IMG/VR virus record: IMGVR_UViG_3300025381_000082
Location: 1 to 28,774 of that record
Source: a virus
Taxonomy: Duplodnaviria; Caudoviricetes
DNA: 28,774 nucleotides
Reading direction: 5' to 3' (one strand)
Shown here: positions 16,691 through 26,182 of the stretch, one piece after another
Layout of the letters: each line of letters starts with the position of its first letter
How positions within the stretch are numbered: the first letter of the stretch is position 1
The notes under the pieces: generated by a model
The model's input: the letters and a program-made list of their open reading frames with translations, nothing else
What the model was told of the DNA's origin: nothing
The model's database searches: none
Made by a program: the position numbers and the translations under genes

Positions 16691-17245
16691 ATGAGAATAG
16701 CAGAAATTATTATAGAAACAGCCGGAGTTGGTAAGATTGTCAAGGGCATAAACACCACCATTGATGTACGCCCTGGCGAAATTAAACGACAAGCTGCTAA
16801 GCTAGGTTTATCAGTGCATAGCAATGGCACTCCACCTGTTGCCAATCCCAATGGATCAGATGCTTTGAAAGAAAATATATCTGGACAAGATTTGCTTGAT
16901 ATTTTACATGCTCAACATCACGATGAGCCTGGTCTCAATTTAGATATGGAAGACTGGGTTAAAAAACAACATTGGACATTACGTGAGATATCGCCAGATC
17001 AATTGCTAGATCATTATGGCGACGATCTTCCTTATGAACCGTTTAATCGCGTTATAGACATAGATGATGCTACTGTACAGTTATATGCACGCAAGCTAGC
17101 ATCTGGGCAGAAAATTCAGCCAATAATTATGGGTCCTAATGGCAGCGTGGTAGATGGCAACCATCGTGCAATGGCAGCACGCTTGACTAATAAACCTATA
17201 ATGGCATATGTACCAATTGGTTTAAAAATTTCAAACCAATATTGA
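16691..17245 (+). CDS. ParB/Srx-like domain protein
   Basis: IQPIIM…VVDGNHRAMAA; TAAATA at 16666-16671; AAGGA RBS. Confidence 0.75.
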   Translation: MRIAEIIIETAGVGKIVKGINTTIDVRPGEIKRQAAKLGLSVHSNGTPPVANPNGSDALKENISGQDLLDILHAQHHDEPGLNLDMEDWVKKQHWTLREISPDQLLDHYGDDLPYEPFNRVIDIDDATVQLYARKLASGQKIQPIIMGPNGSVVDGNHRAMAARLTNKPIMAYVPIGLKISNQY

Positions 17246-17306
17246 CATTTATAACTCGTCATATTTTCTAATTGACCTACCAGTGTTTTTATCTGTATCC
17301 TGATGT

Positions 17307-17468
17307 ATGAAATTAATTATATCATACCAAAAATGGGAAAAATTAGATGACGTGCCGCAGTTGACATTAGACTGGGCAAAATTAATAGCAGGAGATATGG
17401 TTAAGATTGAAGAGGTAAACGAGTTGGTAACAACTTATGAAGAATGGCTTTCTCAGTTCAACTCGTAA
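17307..17468 (+). CDS. Possible 53-aa hypothetical protein, possibly leaderless
   Basis: MKLIISYQKWEKLDD…EEWLSQFNS*; TTGACC-18 nt-TATCCT ends 5 nt before the ATG. Confidence 0.45.
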   Translation: MKLIISYQKWEKLDDVPQLTLDWAKLIAGDMVKIEEVNELVTTYEEWLSQFNS

Positions 17469-18139
17469 TATGTAGCAACACGCTGCCACCAAATATTAGT
17501 ATAATATTGAAACTCGTCGCCGCATAAAATCCAACGTTGAGGATGAAAATCTTTAGAACACATTAATATCACCCCTTGTTTGATATTTGTTCCATACACA
17601 CTGTTATGCGCCGCAGCATATGCTACCAACTGCGCTTTATAATCCTCTACACGTTCGTCTGTTTTTGGCTGATTAGTTTGTTTGAAATCTATAATGCTAG
17701 GTATGCCTTGATATACACCAAGCAGGTCTGTGGTGCCTGCGTATAATTCTGGATAATAAAGATTGACTTCTAATCCCCAAGTTTCCTCTAAAAATGGACG
17801 TAAATAATTTTCTAAGATTATTTCTGCCATTTTAGAACTTTGCTTATGATAATAATTTGTGCCTGCCTTTGGATTTTCACCTTTTAAATGCCGTTCTAAA
17901 AAAGAATGCATTAATGTACCTCTAAAAGCAGCTTCTTTTGTAATTTCAGCAGCTTTTTTCTCACCTTTGGCTCTACGCCAGGCTGCTAATGCTTGTTTTG
18001 ATTCTTCTGATTTAGTTCGATCAAGTATTGTTGTAACTGACGGAAGTTTATTTCCTTGCGGGTCAACATACTTTCTCCCAGCAGGTCCACCGTCTTCGCG
18101 TTCAAGCGGCTGATATTGAAATTTTTCTATTAGTATCAT
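17453..18139 (-). CDS. PD-(D/E)XK exonuclease
   Basis: LPSVTTIL, RGTLMH, AGTTD, IIDFKQ, QLVAY. Confidence 0.88.
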   Translation of the reverse strand: MILIEKFQYQPLEREDGGPAGRKYVDPQGNKLPSVTTILDRTKSEESKQALAAWRRAKGEKKAAEITKEAAFRGTLMHSFLERHLKGENPKAGTNYYHKQSSKMAEIILENYLRPFLEETWGLEVNLYYPELYAGTTDLLGVYQGIPSIIDFKQTNQPKTDERVEDYKAQLVAYAAAHNSVYGTNIKQGVILMCSKDFHPQRWILCGDEFQYYTNIWWQRVATYYELN

Positions 18140-18172
18140 GCTTGTATTATTAGCTGAATATTCATCAAATAC

Positions 18173-18676
18173 CTATATTGTCTGCCCTAATTTGTTTAGC
18201 CTGGCTCTTTCTAATATATGCAGGTCGTCAATAAAGCCATCTTTGATGTATATGCTACCAGATATAATTTTACTTCTAATGTCGTTGGTAACCTTTATCA
18301 AATTGTTACTGACAAAAATTCTACCATCATCAAGGAGTGCCCAATACCATCCAGCTTTAGCTTCGAGCAATGTTGATCTGATTGGTATCCAAATATCTTC
18401 TGTTGAAATTAAATAAATTTTACAAGCAGCAGTAAATCCGCCAGAGCTTGGATGACTGGCTTTTGCCATTTTCTCGGCTATTTTTTCAGCCAACGTAGTC
18501 TTCGTTTGTTCTATTCCAAACTGATTTATAAGAAGTAGTCCTCTTATAACATCTGGTTTTTCATTTAGTGCTTGTATTTCTTCCTCAGACATACCTGCTG
18601 ATTTTGCAATAAGTTCCTTAATTCTAGGTTTTTTGCTGGCCAACAATAACGTATCTGGCCCATACATACTTCTCAT
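18173..18676 (-). CDS. Hypothetical protein
   Basis: 167-aa co-oriented ORF. Confidence 0.7.
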   Translation of the reverse strand: MRSMYGPDTLLLASKKPRIKELIAKSAGMSEEEIQALNEKPDVIRGLLLINQFGIEQTKTTLAEKIAEKMAKASHPSSGGFTAACKIYLISTEDIWIPIRSTLLEAKAGWYWALLDDGRIFVSNNLIKVTNDIRSKIISGSIYIKDGFIDDLHILERARLNKLGQTI

Positions 18677-18686
18677 ACTCTACACG

Positions 18687-19370
18687 TCACCACTGTAGAA
18701 CCCAAGTAAATGTATTTCCAGTAGTTGTATTAACAATACGATTAACAATATAACCTAGTGTGGAAAAATAATTAATTACCGCATTCATTTGATTATTGTA
18801 AGGAGGTGATAGCAAAGGATTGCTCATATTTTGTCCTTGCCAAGCTCCGTAATAATCTTGGCTTGGATAATATGCATATATGTATAATGTACCTGTACCG
18901 GTGGTGGTAAGTGGTATAGAAACTGGCCTAGGTGCGGTTGCGTTACCATAGTTGGCTGCAAGCATAATGGTGTTTGTATTAACATATATAACATAATAGT
19001 ATGTGGCAGGTAACAGCGGAGTTGGCAATGATACTGTGCTGCTAACGGTTACAATATCACCTGTATTGAACGGATGATTTGTTATTGTTAACATAGAATC
19101 AGATACTGTCCACGATAACGGAGTAAAAGGTGTACTATATGTCATTAATGTGTTATTTGAAACTTGTGTTGTATACAGACCTTGACTAATTGCTGTGAAT
19201 ACAGCTTTTTGTAAATTGTTAACTTCGCTGTTTATAGCCTCTTCTGCAGGTAGACTGCTGCGAGCTTCGATTGCGTTGGTAAAACTACTTGATGGTGCCG
19301 GCGAAGGATTATATGCATAGTTATAATAAAAACTTGTCCAATAATTGGCGTTGTTCAGTGAGCAAGACAT
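18687..19370 (-). CDS. Putative virion structural protein
   Basis: Thr/Asn/Tyr-rich, few charged residues; NHPFNTGD…PL…TYYYVI…LA beta module typical of tail/baseplate proteins. Confidence 0.65.
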   Translation of the reverse strand: MSCSLNNANYWTSFYYNYAYNPSPAPSSSFTNAIEARSSLPAEEAINSEVNNLQKAVFTAISQGLYTTQVSNNTLMTYSTPFTPLSWTVSDSMLTITNHPFNTGDIVTVSSTVSLPTPLLPATYYYVIYVNTNTIMLAANYGNATAPRPVSIPLTTTGTGTLYIYAYYPSQDYYGAWQGQNMSNPLLSPPYNNQMNAVINYFSTLGYIVNRIVNTTTGNTFTWVLQW

Positions 19371-19410
19371 TGCATCATATCCTTATAATGTATTTTTCTA
19401 TTCAGCCATC

Positions 19411-19776
19411 TCATAGCTCTAACTCGCCAGATTTTACTGCTTTGTCAGCTTCTTTTTCTGCAGTTTTTTCTATCTGCTCATGTTCTTTTTCAGCAGCTTT
19501 ATCACTTAGATGATCCGGAACACTGGTTTTAATTTTAATATGTTCCGGACCGCTGCGTTCTACTACATCAGTGAACGGTGGCTGCGAAAGAACCTGCATT
19601 AAATTATCAGCATTAACATCGTGATTAAGCTTTCTCATATACGCAACCGCCCCGTTGGCTCCTGACATAGGAGCCCAGGGACGATTTTTGTTGCGATATG
19701 TTATAATGAAGTCCATGAGGTCGTTAGTAATGTCTTTAGTGACCTCGCCTTCAAATATGATTTCTTTTATCAGCAC
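19411..19776 (-). CDS. Hypothetical protein, probably virion-associated
   Basis: GTG start; MLIKEIIFE leader. Confidence 0.7.
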   Translation of the reverse strand: MLIKEIIFEGEVTKDITNDLMDFIITYRNKNRPWAPMSGANGAVAYMRKLNHDVNADNLMQVLSQPPFTDVVERSGPEHIKIKTSVPDHLSDKAAEKEHEQIEKTAEKEADKAVKSGELEL

Positions 19777-19779
19777 GCA

Positions 19780-22700
19780 TTAGGCTCCCAATTTCTTAAT
19801 GATTGCTGCATCAAAGGTTTCAGGATCGATCATGCGTAGATTTGAAATCTTACTGTTATTTAGGTCCAACCAATATTTCCGTGTATTGGCATTTTCAAAC
19901 ATTTTCTTAGCCTTACGTCCGCTTTTTGTTTCATAAATGACACCATATGGGGTAGAGCTTTTTAACTTTTTAAGTTCTTTGGCCTTATTAAGCGATTCTA
20001 TATTCTTAATCATACCCATTACGCCTTCTTGCATAATCTGACGAATTACACTTGTTTGCTCTGTGATTTTTCGTTGCGCCAAAATCATCTGTTGACGAAT
20101 AGATTCTCCTTCGAGTCCATATCCAACATGTAACGGATCAGTTGTTTTGCCTTCTGCAATCATATTTTTGAACACAGATTTGTGTGCGGCCATCTCTTTG
20201 GCTAGATTTGCCAATGCTAGTTTGGCTTCTGCAAGCGATGAGACTGCTTCTGCATAGCCTTCATGCTTTGGACCAAATTTTTTCCATGCTGTTGCGTATA
20301 GAACACGTTCCCAGTTTTTACCATAGCGTTTTTTGAAATCTTCTTTTTGACCTTTAATAAAGTCTTCAGCTTTCTCACCGGGAGGAGCTACTTCTGTAAC
20401 TTTGGTCCCAAGTTGATCTTTACGCATAGAAGCTGGCATGTTTTTTTCCAGCTCTTTTCGCATCATATCAGGAGTTACTTGTGTAACGTTAGCCTGACCC
20501 TTCTTTAGCGGAAGTTCATTTTTGGCTTTTATTTCACTAGGTGTTGATGGAGAAATTCTTGTAACAGCTACTTTAGGCTTGCTAGGGAATATTCCTTCGA
20601 CAACAGGCGGTGTATCGTTTATTTTTGTGATAGCGTTCCATTCTTTGTCGGTTCTACTCATAACTTTCTTTTGATCTGCCATTTTCTTTTTGTAACCCGG
20701 CCAATTTTCTGACACCATTATTGCACCGCATTTATTACAGCGCATCTTGCCATCATCTTCCATATATGTGCCAGTGCTACATTCTTTGCAGGTATTTGAT
20801 CCTTCTTTGATTTTGCCCCATTTATCTTTCTGTTTAGCGCGTATAGCGAAATTAATTTGCTTTACTTCTTTTTGTTCAGCTTCGCTGCGTTCTGATTTCT
20901 TCATGAGTTTGGCCTTGCGATCTTCAAGTTCTGCCTTGGTCCAACCTTCCCACTTGCCAATGTCTTTCTTGGCAGTCTTCATCTTGGCATCCCAAGACTC
21001 ATTTACCTTGACCAAATCTTCTGCTGGGGTATAATAGACTTCTGGGTCATTACCAAACTTCACAGGATACTCATTGTCTTCTGGATCTGCAACTACTGTT
21101 CCTACACCCAATTTTTGTGTTTTGTGCTTGACTTGATCACCACGCATGAACCCTTGCATAGTACTTTCTGATACTGCAACACTACCACAGTTATTGCATT
21201 TCATTTTGCCATTTCTGGTTTCCATGTACATGCCTGTTCCGCATTCTTTGCAGGTATTTGATTCTTCTTTAATTGTACCCCAGTGATCCTGTTGTTTAGC
21301 GCGGATAGCAAAGTTCAATTGACGTACTGTTTTTTGTTCGGCCGCTGTACGCTCTTCTTTTTTCATCAAATTAGCCTTTTTAGACTTCAATTCAGCAATT
21401 GTATAACCGTCCCATTTGCCTTTATCTTTTTCAGCTGTGTGCATTTTGGTACCCCAAGCTTCGGCTACTTGCGATTTTTTGGCTCGTCCTAATGCCCCTG
21501 TATCTGCAGGCTCTTCTGCAGCTGGTTCTTCTGCAGCAGGTTCGCTGCCAATTGCTGCCATATCTGCGCTAATATCAGTGTTATCAGGTGGAGCTTCGGT
21601 AGCAGCCTGCTCAATATCAGTTTGCGCAGCAGGGATACCGCCACCTTGCAATGTTGTTACAGCAGTGTCTACGCTATCTTTTGTTTGTGTAGTAGTATCT
21701 AACAAGCTATCAAGCGCCGCTTTGACGGTGTCATTAAATCCCGAAGCAGCATCGGGACCAAACTGGGCTCGCATGCTATCAACTAATGGCATTAGGTCGT
21801 TGACGCTTAGTTTAGCTACATCTTCTGCCATATCTTGAATTTTACCAGATATTGCTTTGGCAGATATAATCAATTGCGCTTTAGCCAACTGTTCATTGTT
21901 TGGATCTTCTTCTTCAGTTAGACGTGTTTCAGCTATCTCTTTACGTTTAGCTTTGCGACCTTCATCAAAGTGGTCGTCCATTGCGTGTTTTTCAAATTGC
22001 ACGTAATCCATGTAATGTTTACTGCTGCTAATACACTCGCTAGCGGTTGTAAGCTTCATAGCTACCCATCCTTCTAGCTTATCTCCCGGTTGTATCAGAT
22101 TGAAAAGTTTTGTGCTGTATTCTACAATCAACATAAGATTTTCTCTAGCAATACTGCCGCTAGTCTCTCCGAGATCCATTTCACCGTCCATATCTTCGGG
22201 CAATTGTTGTGGTTCAAATGTTTTATAGTAATCAAGATAATGAAACACTTTATCTAACATATTTGCAGATTTGGTTAGGCATGCGGCTATCCAAGGTTGT
22301 ATCTCATCATTTGGGTCAACTTGCTTGATCATGCTCATAGCATACTTCGCATTGCGATATAGTTCACTGCGGGCCATGCTTGCTTGATATTCGTAATGAT
22401 GAGCTTGACTAAACGTAGCGTTGCCAGGCATGGCAGGTGTATCAAGTACTTGACCACTTAAAGTGTCACTTTCATTAAGTTGCTCGTGTACGTTATCTAA
22501 TCCGGGCTCAACAGTGTCATTAGTTTCTGCGGTCATTATTTCTAATTCTTCATCAAGGTCTTGGTCTAGATATCCAGATGATTTCATTTTCAGCTGTGCC
22601 AATTTGGCAATTTTCTTCTCATTGTCTGTCAACCCGGTTGGACCAAATGCTGTTCCCATTTTTTCAAGCTTATCGCCTACACGCGAAAAAGCATTAAGGA

Positions 22701-23133
22701 TTGCCAGTTCTTTAGGGTTGGTTTCATGCGTTTTGGTGGCGTAGTTGATCATTGCGCGTCCTAGTGCAGTAACTTTTGCCAATTGATTAGGAGACATTGT
22801 AGTTTGATTACCTTCCACAACTTCTGTTGTTGATTCGCTCATTTTTAATTTGCGACGACGCTTTGGGCCAATTTCTGTGAGCATCATTTTCATTGCTTCT
22901 AAAATCAGCATCGCTTTTGTGTATTGAGGATTTTGTTGATAGCTATTAAAGCTGCTTTCAGACACAATCTTATTTTTCGTTGATTCCCATGCCGACTGGC
23001 ATTCTCTTATAGCCAATTCTGCGGTAGGACTTTCAAGATCTATCTTAATATGTACTCCGTGTACATCTTTCAAAGTTGCTAATACTTGCTGCAATCTTAC
23101 TTGGGATGTAGATTCAAACTGGTTTAAATACAT
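19780..23133 (-). CDS. Large modular head core/internal protein candidate (1117 aa)
   Basis: Internal duplications, two CxxC…CxxC ribbons, many (L/I/V)-x-E sites; TAAATA at 23176-23181; AGGAG RBS. Confidence 0.7.
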   Translation of the reverse strand: MYLNQFESTSQVRLQQVLATLKDVHGVHIKIDLESPTAELAIRECQSAWESTKNKIVSESSFNSYQQNPQYTKAMLILEAMKMMLTEIGPKRRRKLKMSESTTEVVEGNQTTMSPNQLAKVTALGRAMINYATKTHETNPKELAILNAFSRVGDKLEKMGTAFGPTGLTDNEKKIAKLAQLKMKSSGYLDQDLDEELEIMTAETNDTVEPGLDNVHEQLNESDTLSGQVLDTPAMPGNATFSQAHHYEYQASMARSELYRNAKYAMSMIKQVDPNDEIQPWIAACLTKSANMLDKVFHYLDYYKTFEPQQLPEDMDGEMDLGETSGSIARENLMLIVEYSTKLFNLIQPGDKLEGWVAMKLTTASECISSSKHYMDYVQFEKHAMDDHFDEGRKAKRKEIAETRLTEEEDPNNEQLAKAQLIISAKAISGKIQDMAEDVAKLSVNDLMPLVDSMRAQFGPDAASGFNDTVKAALDSLLDTTTQTKDSVDTAVTTLQGGGIPAAQTDIEQAATEAPPDNTDISADMAAIGSEPAAEEPAAEEPADTGALGRAKKSQVAEAWGTKMHTAEKDKGKWDGYTIAELKSKKANLMKKEERTAAEQKTVRQLNFAIRAKQQDHWGTIKEESNTCKECGTGMYMETRNGKMKCNNCGSVAVSESTMQGFMRGDQVKHKTQKLGVGTVVADPEDNEYPVKFGNDPEVYYTPAEDLVKVNESWDAKMKTAKKDIGKWEGWTKAELEDRKAKLMKKSERSEAEQKEVKQINFAIRAKQKDKWGKIKEGSNTCKECSTGTYMEDDGKMRCNKCGAIMVSENWPGYKKKMADQKKVMSRTDKEWNAITKINDTPPVVEGIFPSKPKVAVTRISPSTPSEIKAKNELPLKKGQANVTQVTPDMMRKELEKNMPASMRKDQLGTKVTEVAPPGEKAEDFIKGQKEDFKKRYGKNWERVLYATAWKKFGPKHEGYAEAVSSLAEAKLALANLAKEMAAHKSVFKNMIAEGKTTDPLHVGYGLEGESIRQQMILAQRKITEQTSVIRQIMQEGVMGMIKNIESLNKAKELKKLKSSTPYGVIYETKSGRKAKKMFENANTRKYWLDLNNSKISNLRMIDPETFDAAIIKKLGA

Positions 23134-23202
23134 GTTACTTGATCTCCTGGCCGTGCGGGCTTTCTGCTGTTTGGTTATTTATGTCAATCAGTCTGGAGAA
23201 TA

Positions 23203-23520
23203 CTAGATAGAAAAGGAAGTTCCGCAGCCGCAGGTACTAATTGCATCTGGGATATCTACCACAAAATAAGATCCACTTAAATCGTTCTTGTAGTTGATCA
23301 CCGCCTCTTGTAGAATATCAAGGCTTTCTGGATCTATAACTAATTTACCGTTGCCTAAATCCCATACCGTGTCATCATGTGCAATATTATCAGTTAAATC
23401 CCACACCTTAGAAAAACCTTGACATCCTCCGCTTTGTATAAAAAGTCTTAAATGTTTTCCAGTTTTTTGACAAAGGTCACTTATTTGATCAACCGCAGAT
23501 TTAGTAATTTCAACGGCCAT
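23203..23520 (-). CDS. iscA: A-type Fe-S cluster carrier (IscA/HesB/ErpA family)
   Basis: ITKSA, LRLFIQSGGCQGF, DPES, CGCGTSF. Confidence 0.92.
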   Translation of the reverse strand: MAVEITKSAVDQISDLCQKTGKHLRLFIQSGGCQGFSKVWDLTDNIAHDDTVWDLGNGKLVIDPESLDILQEAVINYKNDLSGSYFVVDIPDAISTCGCGTSFSI

Positions 23521-24169
23521 TGCTAGCCAACATCTTAATGGTCTTTTTGGCAGTCATGCAGCGATCCATGCTTGCTTGTAAACGGCTTTCATAAATGTCA
23601 CGTTTTGATTCATCTTTAACTGTTAGAAGTCTACGCTTATATGTAATGGCATCTACCTTATGGCTAGTATATGCATCATCCTGTTCAAAAAGGGTTCTTA
23701 CTTCTGAGCAGTTAACAAATTTACCAGAATTTAACAGCCGTAGAACTGCTAATGCAGTTTCATAAAGGCTGATGTCATCTGCTATAGTATCGTTTGTTAG
23801 GCTGTTGTATATGCTATAAAATTGTTTACCAGCTATTCTAGATAGATCTTCTTTTACCAGAATTTGATAACGGCCAACTTTTATCCCGTTATGCATTCTT
23901 TCGGTGACAAGTGCTTCGCTTACCGAAGGATTTTGAGCAGACTCGGTAATCATGTCGTCAACTACATGATTACTTAGATTATTCAATTTATTTAAAACTG
24001 ATGCCATAGCATCTACATCTGCTGACGTTACTTGTCCCGGTCCAGCAAGTTCTACAGCATGTGATGACTCTGTAAGTTGAGCCCCTGTAGACATGTATGT
24101 GTCATTTCGACCTTCCATTATATTACGTAAACGTAACATTGCATCTCTTTCTTCAGGTGTTACTGCCAT
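23510..24169 (-). CDS. Hypothetical protein
   Basis: Start placed at ATG 24169 (GGAG RBS); 3' end overlaps the iscA start. Confidence 0.75.
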   Translation of the reverse strand: MAVTPEERDAMLRLRNIMEGRNDTYMSTGAQLTESSHAVELAGPGQVTSADVDAMASVLNKLNNLSNHVVDDMITESAQNPSVSEALVTERMHNGIKVGRYQILVKEDLSRIAGKQFYSIYNSLTNDTIADDISLYETALAVLRLLNSGKFVNCSEVRTLFEQDDAYTSHKVDAITYKRRLLTVKDESKRDIYESRLQASMDRCMTAKKTIKMLASNGR

Positions 24170-24170
24170 T

Positions 24171-24401
24171 TCAGCTCTCCCATAACTCTTCAAGGTCATT
24201 AATTACAAAACACAGCGTACCTTCATGTATAAAGCGGGTCAATAAACCTCGTTTAACTAAATTTCTAGCTAGTTCGCGCTCGCGTTCGTTCAATACTGCT
24301 TTTGGTAATGGTCCAGAGTGACCTCTGACTCTTTCTAGGATAACATTTTCTTCGTTGCTAACCGGCTGTAGCCACCCACCGCCGACTTCTACAAATTTCA
24401 T
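24171..24401 (-). CDS. Hypothetical protein (76 aa)
   Basis: Tightly packed co-oriented ORF; LNERERELARNLVKRGLL helix motif. Confidence 0.75.
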   Translation of the reverse strand: MKFVEVGGGWLQPVSNEENVILERVRGHSGPLPKAVLNERERELARNLVKRGLLTRFIHEGTLCFVINDLEELWES

Positions 24402-24416
24402 ATCTAATGCCTTTGT

Positions 24417-25100
24417 TTATTTTGGCTGGGTCATAGATTTGGCTGCTTGCATAATAGCCGCGCCGAGACCAACTGCTACGTTAATTTTGGTTTCTAGATC
24501 AGGTGCAATCTTACCTTGTAAAAGCCCTATTTGACTTGCTAAACCTGTCATAACCTCACCTATGGTTGCAAGACGCGCTGCATCGGGATTATTACGGTAT
24601 TCACCATTTAAATTTGCTTTGAATAGCTGTTCGAACATATTTGTAGTGTCTGTTTCTAAAATTTCTGCATCTTCTAACACAGGTTCTGTAATAGTTGCTG
24701 TACTAAGGCCTGCCAATTGCATCATTCGATTGATTGGATTAAGTGGTTGCATTCCACCTAAAACGCCTTCGTCTATTTTTGTTAATTTCGATGCTAGTAC
24801 CATTTTTGTGCGTCCTTCAATTATAACTCCTGTGGTTCCACTTGGACCGCGAGGTATTGTGATCTCAACTGGTTGAGATTCATAAATTGCTATTTCACCT
24901 TTTTCCCACAAAACATCTGAAACAGTGGATATTTCATTAAGACGTAGCGGATGCTTAGCGCGCCGCGACCATCTATCTTCTTCAGTATTCCAAAGAACTA
25001 TATCGGTGTTATTTTGTTCTGCTACTATTTTCATTGGTTTCATATCAGTCTCCTGTGGTACAGCCTGTATAGTTGACAGGTAATCTTTGAGATTCTTCAT
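24417..25100 (-). CDS. Hypothetical protein, probably head-associated
   Basis: MKNLKDYL leader, RMMQLAGL motif, AAGGA RBS. Confidence 0.75.
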   Translation of the reverse strand: MKNLKDYLSTIQAVPQETDMKPMKIVAEQNNTDIVLWNTEEDRWSRRAKHPLRLNEISTVSDVLWEKGEIAIYESQPVEITIPRGPSGTTGVIIEGRTKMVLASKLTKIDEGVLGGMQPLNPINRMMQLAGLSTATITEPVLEDAEILETDTTNMFEQLFKANLNGEYRNNPDAARLATIGEVMTGLASQIGLLQGKIAPDLETKINVAVGLGAAIMQAAKSMTQPK

Positions 25101-25255
25101 GATCGATCCTTACTAATTGGAAACATAGGTTTATCGGACTGATCGTTGTCAGTTTCCTGTGATAATGGACGTGTTTGGTATAAAAGATTACCATCTTTAC
25201 GCACGATTACTATTTCAGTAGGACCAGTTTGTTTGAAAATTTGATTTAATAACAT
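25097..25255 (-). CDS. Small hypothetical protein (52 aa)
   Basis: MLLNQIFKQ…SKDRS*; ATGA overlap with the next gene; TAAATA at 25263-25268; below the ORF-track cutoff. Confidence 0.55.
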   Translation of the reverse strand: MLLNQIFKQTGPTEIVIVRKDGNLLYQTRPLSQETDNDQSDKPMFPISKDRS

Positions 25256-25280
25256 GATTTGATATTTATTACATAATCAC

Positions 25281-25307
25281 AAAGAAAGGCGCATTACTGC
25301 GCCTTTC
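25281..25307 (-). terminator. Intrinsic terminator
   Basis: GAAAGGCGCA-GTAA-TGCGCCTTTC followed by TTT. Confidence 0.8.
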
Positions 25308-25335
25308 GGTGTTAATATCTGTTTTAAGGCAAATA

Positions 25336-26121
25336 TTATGGAGTTGGTAGAGCGTTCTGATTTGGAACGTTTGGTGAACCAGCATTTGCTAATGTAGCAA
25401 CAAATGCAACTGTGTTTAGATCTGCATTAGACGGATCAACAATGAAGTTGTTAACGTTGACATTAACAGTCTGATTGCTCAGAGAAGTTAAAGTGCCAAT
25501 TGTTGTTGAACTAAGTAGTTGTTCACTTTGTAGATCGCCAACTGGAACATTAGCTGCTGTGGCGCTGTTAAGAGCATCGAGGAACTGATAACCAGTTTGA
25601 TTGCTATCCCAGTTTGGACTATCTAATGTGCTACCGCTTACATACCAATAACCAGTCTTTTCAGTAATAAACTTAACGTAATATACTGTCTTAGAACTGC
25701 TATAGTTAGATCCAAAATCGTTGCTATAACTGTAGTTTGTAGAAGCATTCAGCTGAGTAGCAGTTAGGTTAATTGCGCTTGGATTGCTGTTAGTAGCATA
25801 GTTTACACTAATTGCAACAGGATTAACATTCTGTGCAAAAAGTTGTTGTAGCAAGTTTAGATTAGCTTGCTTTGTAAAGGCATCCTGATATTGACCAGCT
25901 GTTGTGTAGGTTTGAGGAGTACCTGTTCCATCTACGATGGTAACATTCTGCCAAGTGCTGTAACCTTGCTGTGTATAAAGCAGATTGATTGGGGTATCAA
26001 CGTTGGTTTGGAAGCATGGAACTAATGTAGCAATTGTAAAAAAATCCATACTACCAGTAAGGAAGTTACCGCCTAATGCGCCTCCGTTTACCTTGTTGTA
26101 GCTGCCTGAATTGTAGGCCAT
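25336..26121 (-). CDS. Putative virion structural protein
   Basis: Asn/Thr/Ser-rich; TAAATA at 26162-26167, AAGGAG RBS and own terminator, consistent with a highly expressed late unit. Confidence 0.7.
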   Translation of the reverse strand: MAYNSGSYNKVNGGALGGNFLTGSMDFFTIATLVPCFQTNVDTPINLLYTQQGYSTWQNVTIVDGTGTPQTYTTAGQYQDAFTKQANLNLLQQLFAQNVNPVAISVNYATNSNPSAINLTATQLNASTNYSYSNDFGSNYSSSKTVYYVKFITEKTGYWYVSGSTLDSPNWDSNQTGYQFLDALNSATAANVPVGDLQSEQLLSSTTIGTLTSLSNQTVNVNVNNFIVDPSNADLNTVAFVATLANAGSPNVPNQNALPTP

Positions 26122-26182
26122 TGTTTGTTCTCCTTGTTAAGTGCAAACTCGTTTTGCCAGTTATTTATATCAAAATCTATTT

